Positions 55,814-64,000 of a stretch of 64,000 bases of DNA are shown in pieces. The stretch covers positions 310,001-374,000 of the forward strand of contig QPGO01000030.1 in assembly GCA_008632985.1 (NCBI GenBank), in the 5' to 3' direction. This stretch comes from Psammoneis japonica. Taxonomy: Eukaryota. Positions within the stretch are counted from its first letter, which is position 1, and each line of letters opens with the position of its first letter. The translations under genes and the position numbers were made by a program. The notes under the pieces are model-generated. The model made no database searches. It saw nothing but the letters and a program-made list of their open reading frames with translations, and was not told where the DNA came from.

Positions 55814-58800
55814 ATGGTGCGTTGTTTGACGCAGTTGTCGGCGATCTTAATATGTAACGGAGTTCTGGGAAGCTTTTGTTTCTCAGTGACCCGACATACT
55901 GATGTAGCAGGCACACGATTTGGTCTCGTTCAGTCTCGTCTCTTCGCCGTCGACATTCCCACGAAAGAAACATGTGGCGATGCCACAGTTTTGCAAGACC
56001 CAAAGAATGCGACGATTCCAAATATAGTTTTGGTTGCTGGCTTTGAGTCTTTCAACCGAGAGCTCTACTATGAAGCGGCTTCCAAGCTTCCCATTCAACT
56101 TACCGTCTTTGCTGATTCTGATATACGGACCGACGCTCCTGTTGACGGTGAATCTCTCGGAATTAACCCTGTGTTTGAGGAAGCCGTGAAAAACGCAGAC
56201 GCCTTTATCGGCAGCTTGATATTTGATTACGACGACGTTCTAGCGGTGCAGACGCTTTTACCCGAGATGAAAGGACCCCGGCTTCTTTTTGAATGCGCTA
56301 CCGAACTCATGACCTTCAACCACTTGGGTTCCTTTTCGATGGAGCCCAAGGGCGATGGTCCTGCTGGGCCACCTCCGGCTGTAAAAGCCGTCTTGTCCAA
56401 GTTCTCGTCAGGAAAAGAAGAAGACAAAATAAGCGGATATCTGAAACTATTAAAGGTCGGCCCAAGTCTTTTGAAGTTCGTACCGGGTGAAAAGGCCGGG
56501 GATCTAAGGGCGTGGCTCGAAGCCTATCGCTATTGGAACCAAGGAGGCGCGAGTAATGTCGGTGCAATGCTGCAGCTTGTCGGTCAGCGTTGCATGCTCG
56601 GGGATGCTGCATCTCAGATGCCGCTTGATCTCCCTGAATTGGAAGTCACGCCAGACAATGGATTGCTTCACCCGCTGAATGACCGGCAAGCTGGGGCAAA
56701 GCGATACTTTATGTCGCCCGCTTCATATTTGTCTTGGAGGCTGTCCCCGTCGACATACAACTTTGCAGATACAGAAAAGTTCCAACTGGCAGCAAAAACC
56801 GCTCCTCGCGTTGCCGTTCTACTCTATAGAAAGCACGTTATCACGGAGCTCAGATACATTGCGGATTTGATCACTCAGATGGAGGAGCTTGGTGTTATTC
56901 CCATCCCTATCTTCATCAATGGCGTTGAGGCCCACACAATCGTGAGAGACTGGCTTTCGTCCTATCATGAAGAGAACGGGGTGTCAAAAGGAACCATTGT
57001 ACGTGACAGTACTTACAAGGGCAGTGAGTCGGTGCGAGTGGACGCCATAGTTAACACCATCGGGTTTCCGCTTGTTGGCGGACCTGCAGGGTCCATGGAG
57101 GCAGGACGAAACGTGGATGTGGCAAAGACGTTGCTCGAGAATATGAACGTCCCGTACATAGTTGCAAGCCCTCTGCTTTTACAATCTATTCCACAATGGA
57201 AAACTTCAGGCGTCCTCGGGTTGCAGTCAGTTGTGCTGTACTCGCTTCCCGAGCTTGATGGTGCGATAGACACAGTCGTTCTCGGTGGGTTGGTCGGTGA
57301 TAACATAGCCCTTGTGCCTGAACGTGTTAGGCGTCTTGTAAGTCGTGTGAAAGGTTGGGTCGACCTACGTCGTACGCCGAAATCCGAACGCAAGATTGTG
57401 GTCTCGCTCTATGGATTCCCACCAAATGTTGGTGCAGTAGGCACTGCTGCTCTGCTAGACGTGCCAAGGTCATTAGAAGCGTTGCTAAAACGACTTCATG
57501 CCGAAGGTTATGACGTGGGGGAGTTCGCTACCGATCCAAATGCTTCTGGTGAAAGTATTGTAGCGGCACTTGCTACTCTCAGTGAAAACCCCGTGATTTC
57601 TGCCGGCGCAGATCGCATGGAGGATTTGTTGCACGCGAAAATGGAAAGGGCAGAAAACGGAGATGCGACGGTTGCGGCGACACTAGCAAGGCCTGGAGGT
57701 GGCCTAGGTGGCGGAAAGGTTCGTGCATTCGATATTTCAATAGACGAACTCGAGGAGATTTTGGGGAAATACATGACTAAGAAAGTTAGACGATCGTGGC
57801 CCGAGAGCGAGCGAGGCCCGGGTGTTTCATCTAAGGGAGATCTGGTTGTGTCGGGTATACAGATCGGTGAGATCTTGCTATTTTTGTATCTTTTGTCGCG
57901 GATGCTTGCATTTTCCCTCTTAGTTGTTTACTTTTGTGTCCATGTACCCTTCATGAAACTCGCGTAGGAAACGTCTGGGTCACAGTGCAACCACTCCTCG
58001 GTGTCGAAGGAGATCCGATGCGTCTCTTGTTCCAACGAGATTTGACACCACATCCACAGTATTGCGCAGCATATGAATGGCTGCGACGTGAAGAATCCAA
58101 AGGTGGTATTGGAGCGCAGGCCGTGATTCATCTCGGAATGCATGGGACAGTAGAGTGGCTTCCTGGACAACCACTGGGTAACGATAGACAGTCATGGAGT
58201 GATGAGCTACTTGGTGGACTCCCGAATGTGTACATTTATGCTGCCAACAACCCAAGTGAGAGCATTCTTGCAAAGCGTCGTGGCTACGGAACCCTTGTTA
58301 GCTACAATGTCCCGCCATACGGAAGAGCTGGGTTATATCTCGATCTGGCGAATTTGAAAGACTTGGTCGGCGAGTACAGAACAAGCAATGGACCCTCCGA
58401 CGCAGACTCTAAAACAAGCCGGTCTGATCTGCGTGGGGCGATTTGGAGCTCATGTCAGCGATGCGGACTGTTGAATGACGTCCCCCTCCTTGTTTCTACT
58501 AGTGACGACAAGGAAAGCGCCGTAATGGATGCAGAATTGCCGCCGTCAGTTTCTGACGAGGTTTTTGATAGTTGGGTTGGCCAAGTGTCAGAGTACCTTG
58601 TCGAGCTTCAAGATCGTCTCTTTTCTAGTGGGCTACATGTCCTTGGGAGCCAACCAAGTGACGAGGCGCTTTCTTCTTATCTACAAGCATATTTTGGAGA
58701 CGACTTGCAGGAAGAGGACTATGCCGGCATTGTTGCAGCCTTTCGCCAATCTGATAGGGGCGAGGGCTCACCGACACACGATAATTTGCTTTCGCGATTC

Positions 58801-60629
58801 TCTGAGTGGTTGGCCAAAGGGTTTGCAAGCGAATTAGATCAGGATGAAGTTATTGAAGAAGATCCCCAACACGTCAGTATGCGTAAGCAAGCTACTGATA
58901 TCGTTTCTCTGCTCGATCGTACAACGGAGGAATTAGATAGTGTCGTCAATGCCCTTGACGGGGGCTTTGTGACAGCTGCCCCAGGAGGAGATCTGTTGCG
59001 AGACGGAACATCCGTTCTCCCCACCGGTAAGAACATACATGCCCTAGATCCTTTTCGTATGCCCTCTGCGGGGGCATGGGCACGTGGGCAAAGAGCCGCA
59101 GAAGAAATTCTCAAACAGCACCGGGAAGCACACGGCGGTGAATATCCAGAAACCGTTGCAGTGACGCTGTGGGGTTTGGACGCCATCAAAACACGAGGTG
59201 AGATCAAGCAGAATTTACGTTCATGCTCTTTCCATTCTCCCTATGGTTGATTTCTAATCTTTCCTCTGCAGGTGAATCAGTGGCAATCGTTCTTGCATTA
59301 GGTATGTGTCTGAGACCCGTCAACCCACGTCTTTCATTGGCATTTCGTCGTAATGTATCACTGATGCGATGACTCATTTCTGTGTTTCGCCTGCGTGTTA
59401 GTTGGCGCTGTGCCGGTGAAAGAAGGAACAGGCCGCGTTGTTCGTTTTGATTTAATTCCTGTTCAAGAGTTGGGTAGACCCCGTGTTGACGTTCTAGCTT
59501 CTCTTAGTGGCATCTTTCGGTAAGTGCCGCCGATCAATGGGTCCCTGCCAAGTATGTTTCGCCACGCTGACGTTGACGTCTTCGTTTTTCTAGACATTCT
59601 TTTGCCAACATTGTCGAGCTCCTCGACGACATGTTCGAACGGGCTGTGAGTACCATCAAACTTTGTTCCTTGCGTAGGCCGTAACGGCGTTCTGAAACAG
59701 TATCTGCCGTTTTTTCTTTCTTTTCTTTCTTTTGTTTATAGGCAACTGCCGCTGACGAGCCCGATGAAATGAACTTTATCAAGAAGCACGCCTCCGAGCT
59801 CTTGCAAGACGGCGTAGAAAGACCGGCCGCACGATTATTTAGTAATCCTCCAGGTGACTACGGCTCGATGGTCAATGAGGTCGTTTCATCTGGAGACTGG
59901 CAAGAGTCTGAGTCATTGGGTGAGACATGGACTAGCAGGAACGCGTTCTCCTATGGAAGAAACGAAGGCGATGGCCTATCATCCACTGGCACAGCTCGGC
60001 CACAAGTGCTTGATAAACTTTTGGCGACCACGGAACGAGTTGTTCAAGAGATTGATTCCGTCGAGTACGGGTTGACCGATATTCAAGAATATTATGCCAA
60101 CACAGGTGCGCTGAAGAAGGCTGCGGAGAACAGGAAGCCTGTCGATGCTAAGACTGGAGCGAAAAGGAAAGTAGCAGTTTCTGTTATTGAAGCGTTTGGA
60201 GGCCCCGGTGGCGACTCCAATACTGTTCCCGTTCGTGACGTGGAGGATGTGCTGAGACTCGAGTATCGAAGCAAACTCCTAAACCCTAAATGGAGAGATG
60301 CGATGTTAGATCAGGGATCTGGAGGTGCTTATGAGGTATCACAGAGAATGACGGCAATGGTAGGGTGGGCCGCCACTGCAGAGGTAGACAACTTTGTGTT
60401 CGACCAGGCAGCGGACAGATACGCGCTTGACGAAGAAGTTGCAAAGAAACTCCAGCAAGCTAACCCTGAAGCCTTTAAAAACGTGGTAAGGCGGTTGCTG
60501 GAGGCAAATGGCAGAGGAATGTGGAACACGGATGATGAGGTCTTGGAAAAATTGAGAGACCTTTACGCAGACGCCGATGATTTAGTAGAGCAGGCGACGT
60601 CTACTATTCAAGGCGGAAGAAGTGCATAA
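55814..60629 (+). CDS. CHLH: Magnesium chelatase H subunit / CobN-family protein, multi-exon
   Basis: VNTIGFPLVGGPAG, LPELDGAID, HLGMHGTVEWLPG, NNPSES, LPTGKNIHALDP, RPRVDV and LTDIQEYY motifs. About five short GT-AG introns between 57868 and 59741. Confidence 0.92.
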
Positions 60630-61197
60630 CAGATGAGAGAAGCGGGATGTAGTTCGTCTTCTCTAGTATCTACGTTAGACTAAATTCATGCTGCGTTCAA
60701 GTGACGATTAAACTCAAACGCGATCGCAACCATTTCCTCAACCTGTTCTGTCCGAGCTGCTGGTGATGGCATCAAATCAACGTGGCGTCGCAACCACAGT
60801 TATCCCTGTCGACGTCAGAAATGTGTAGAAACATCACTCTTGTCAACCTGCACCAGCAGATCAGATATCAGTGATCCCCATCGCTTCAGAACACATTGTT
60901 GTACTTGCCGTAAGACGGTGGAAACCAGCGGAATACTGGTCTACCGGGACACGTCACATCGAAAAATCGGCAACCGTTTCTATCACGTGCCGTCAAAATT
61001 GGAATTACTGTATCCCCGGAGATAGGACCGTCATAGTTCCGTCATCTCCTGGGGGCGGGCAACAAATTTTTAATTGTCAACTTAGTGAAAGTCACAGGCG
61101 TCATTCTGTTGCCTTTTACAGGTAGTGCATCGTAAGAGATGACGGTCCTTTATCAAAGTTGATACGTGCGAGGAAGCTGTTTAAATTCGTTCCAACG

Positions 61198-63575
61198 TCA
61201 TTCTCGCTCGAGCTCGGAGGAGGAGTAGATCGAGCACACGTCCTTGCCACTCACTGTTTTGATCAGGGTCAACAGTTCCTCAAACGGCCTCTCAAACATA
61301 CAAACCAGTTCGTCGTCACTTCTTGTCGCGTCCATTTTTGACATGATCTCTCTGACAAGATCATTCAAGTCTTCACCGTCAGACTCGGAGCTTGAACAAG
61401 AGGGTCCAGAGCTGCCTCGACGCTTTCCCGGGGAAACTGGAAAAGATTGTCCAACGGACTCATCGCGAAACGATGCAGTGCGGATCAGTTCATGCCCGCC
61501 AAACTCAGGTGAAACGGATTGCTCCTGGGATTCGTTTTTATGGAGAATAGAAGTGTCGTAGACTGACGGGTAGTTGTGAACACGCCTCAGAAGTCCGTGA
61601 ATAACCCCAAAAGTAGCAAACCGTCTGTGGTCGATGGATTCGAAAATATCCTTCCAGTGCACGGCGTCCGGTGCAGATTTCATTGTATCCGAGCTCTCCT
61701 TCATATTCAGTAGTGGATTAATCTCTGGAAAACCTTCAGGAAGACTTCTTCCTGTTCGCTCCCCTTCTACATTGACGCCATTCTTCCTGGTCGTCGTAAC
61801 GGCATTGGCTTTTGTCAAAGCTGCCTCCGTAATTTTGGACAGCCACAAATCACCAAAGGACATATTGCGATTGCAAGAGCAATAGAGCTCAGCAAGGGCG
61901 GCCTTCATCTTAGCCTGTTCTCGGCCACTAAGGCCACTAACATCTTGCGTGCCAGTGAGGGAGTTGTATTTTGGACTGAGGCCACGGGCGCTTCCGATTT
62001 GAGAACTCGAGGGGGCTGGAAAGGATGCTGAGAAAGAACTAGCCGGAGAAGAGGGTCGATCGTGCCGAGTTGCAGCTAGGTTTGTGACTCCACTGTGCGT
62101 CGAGTCGCTGAGGGCTCCGTCTGTATGACGGTGCTTAGCAACATATTCCAATGCATCCTGTAGAAGCTTTGGTTCTTTGCCGGCCCACATCGCTGCTGCC
62201 TTTTCGGTGCACTCGTATCGGTTGGAATAGAAGAACATGTCGACTAGAGCAATTACCTTATGATGCTTCAGGACACGGAGACAGGCTCGAACCATTTCCA
62301 TATCTACATCCGACTGTGTCGATATCCAACGTGCGTGCTTCGCGCCATCAATGTGCAATACAACCCAATTTATGGCTAGGTCCCAATCAAACTGCAGGAC
62401 AAGAAATCATTCGTCATGAGAAACACCAAGCAATGATACCAAGCTTCTGAGAATGAGGAACGTACCAGCTGAAAGCAATCTGTTCGCAACAGGACCGGTA
62501 CCTAATAATGAAACGAAAGAGAGAAAGACTAAGGTAAGACTTCTTTCATGACATAGTATGAAGGAATAGTGAAGACAATAACGCTCACCTTGTGGTCAGG
62601 AACAGGCGAGGCAGGCGGTTTTGGTGGACGAAACAACTTCAGATTAAGTGAGTTGGCTGAATCAAGCAATAGATTGCATTCCTTTCGTTTCGAATTAAGA
62701 GAAACAAGAAGGCGTTTCAAAAATCCTTGCAACTTGGGTCGCAGAGTCGGTTCCGTCAGGAACTGCGATTCGACTTCCATGCTACGTAAAGCCACGGCCC
62801 ATTTCGACAACAGAGGACGGAAAGGACGGGGATCTTCCTCACGTCTGAGAACAAAGCCCAAGCAGAAAAGGAGAGAATTTCGCTCATACCTTTCGTTGGC
62901 TATGGCAGTTGGTCGTGTCAAGATGTGAATTCGATGCGTAGAAAGACAAATCATTTTGCCAGCGAGCTCATTTCCGGTTATCGCGTATTCGCTTGTAGCA
63001 TCAAAAATGGAATGCGAGACGTCGTCAAGCTTTGTCGGAAAGTTCTGGTCACCTCCTACTTCGTGCTCATCGGGAGCTATCTCGCTTGTTGCCGCCACGG
63101 GCTTCTGATCTTGTTGGGTATTCTCACCTACGTTTTCGTGCTGCGCATCCGTTTTCGCGCTCTCCTCCTCCATGATACCCTTGAAGGCTTCGGCAAGGAT
63201 TCCATGTACCTCTTCCGTCGATATATTGATGTCTTGATCCATAAAACGTTCGGGGCTCTGAAAGCAAACTTTCGGGCCGACTACATTATCGAATTCTGCG
63301 TAGAAGCAACAAAACAAAGGACACCGAGAAGGATCGTTAGGTTCGGGTAACGACGGCCGATCTTCGGCTAAGACGCGTTCAACAGCATTGCGAGATGCTT
63401 CCGACATTGAACTCGACCTTCTGTCGACTGTGGCTATACTTTGGAGAAATGGAAGCTCGCTCCTTGAGTTCGTTCGCGACATGGTACGAGATCGCAGGGA
63501 CGATGGAGTCGTCGATGTTTGCAGTGCCCGTGGAGACCCATCTGGCGTTGCTGAGATAGACGGCGCGTCTGGCAT
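61198..63575 (-). CDS. NPRL2: GATOR1 subunit NPRL2/NPR2-like, multi-exon
   Basis: FYAEFDNVVGPKVCFQSP, YERNSLLFCLGF, NLKLF...PVPDHKV, and IDGAKHARWIS...DMEMVRACLRVL...DMFFYSNRY. Confidence 0.9.
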
Positions 63576-64000
63576 TGTCTGATTTTCTCGTCAAAGTAGC
63601 TGATTCATTACTACGCTGGTTCCAGGCAGGCAGAAGTTGGTTGCAAGAGAAGCAGCTGATTTGAGTTTGGAAGTTCCAAGTATTGGAGGCCCGCAAGTCT
63701 ACATAAATCGGTGGGTTTGGAGGGATTCGTTGATGAGATAGGTGACTCGCAAGTTGGTCGGAGTTGTCTCGTGTTGCTGTCAATCGTAAACAGACTTACC
63801 GCACGGCGCCGCCGAAAACCAAAAACCGACCTGCCGCCGCCACAGCAAGAAAGGACTACAAGTACAGTGCTTTGAGATCAGATCAACATTTACGAAATAA
63901 CAACAACCGCGCAATAGGCCCTAGATAGACACGAGAGCTGCACAGCTTGTGTACTGATATGATCATTGAAACGACGTACTGTAAGCCTCTTGGAGAGGGT

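Overview
Eukaryotic nuclear DNA, almost certainly from a diatom: short GT-AG introns, ASAFAP-type plastid-targeting presequences and two fucoxanthin-chlorophyll LHC genes. About 20 ordinary genes are present (U1-70K, M20 dipeptidase, heme oxygenase, mitochondrial ATP synthase gamma, M14 carboxypeptidase, TLC/NTT-like transporter, HemW-like radical SAM, LHCs, ChlH/CobN-family protein, NPRL2 and others). They are interrupted by three repeat/transposon-derived islands (~18.6-20.3, ~29.6-38.1 and ~42.1-51.4 kb, about 30% of the window). The main observation is that these islands have lost almost all TpA dinucleotides and most CpG, both converted to TpG/CpA. Comparisons between repeat copies in the window and the amino-acid decay of a Ty3/gypsy pol relic show TA->TG/CA (A:T->G:C) as well as CG->TG/CA. 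This points to a repeat-targeted hypermutation process that runs opposite to fungal RIP at TpA and that I cannot match to a described pathway. A sequencing artefact must be excluded first, because several genes carry single-indel frameshifts typical of a noisy assembly. All counts and alignments were made by eye.
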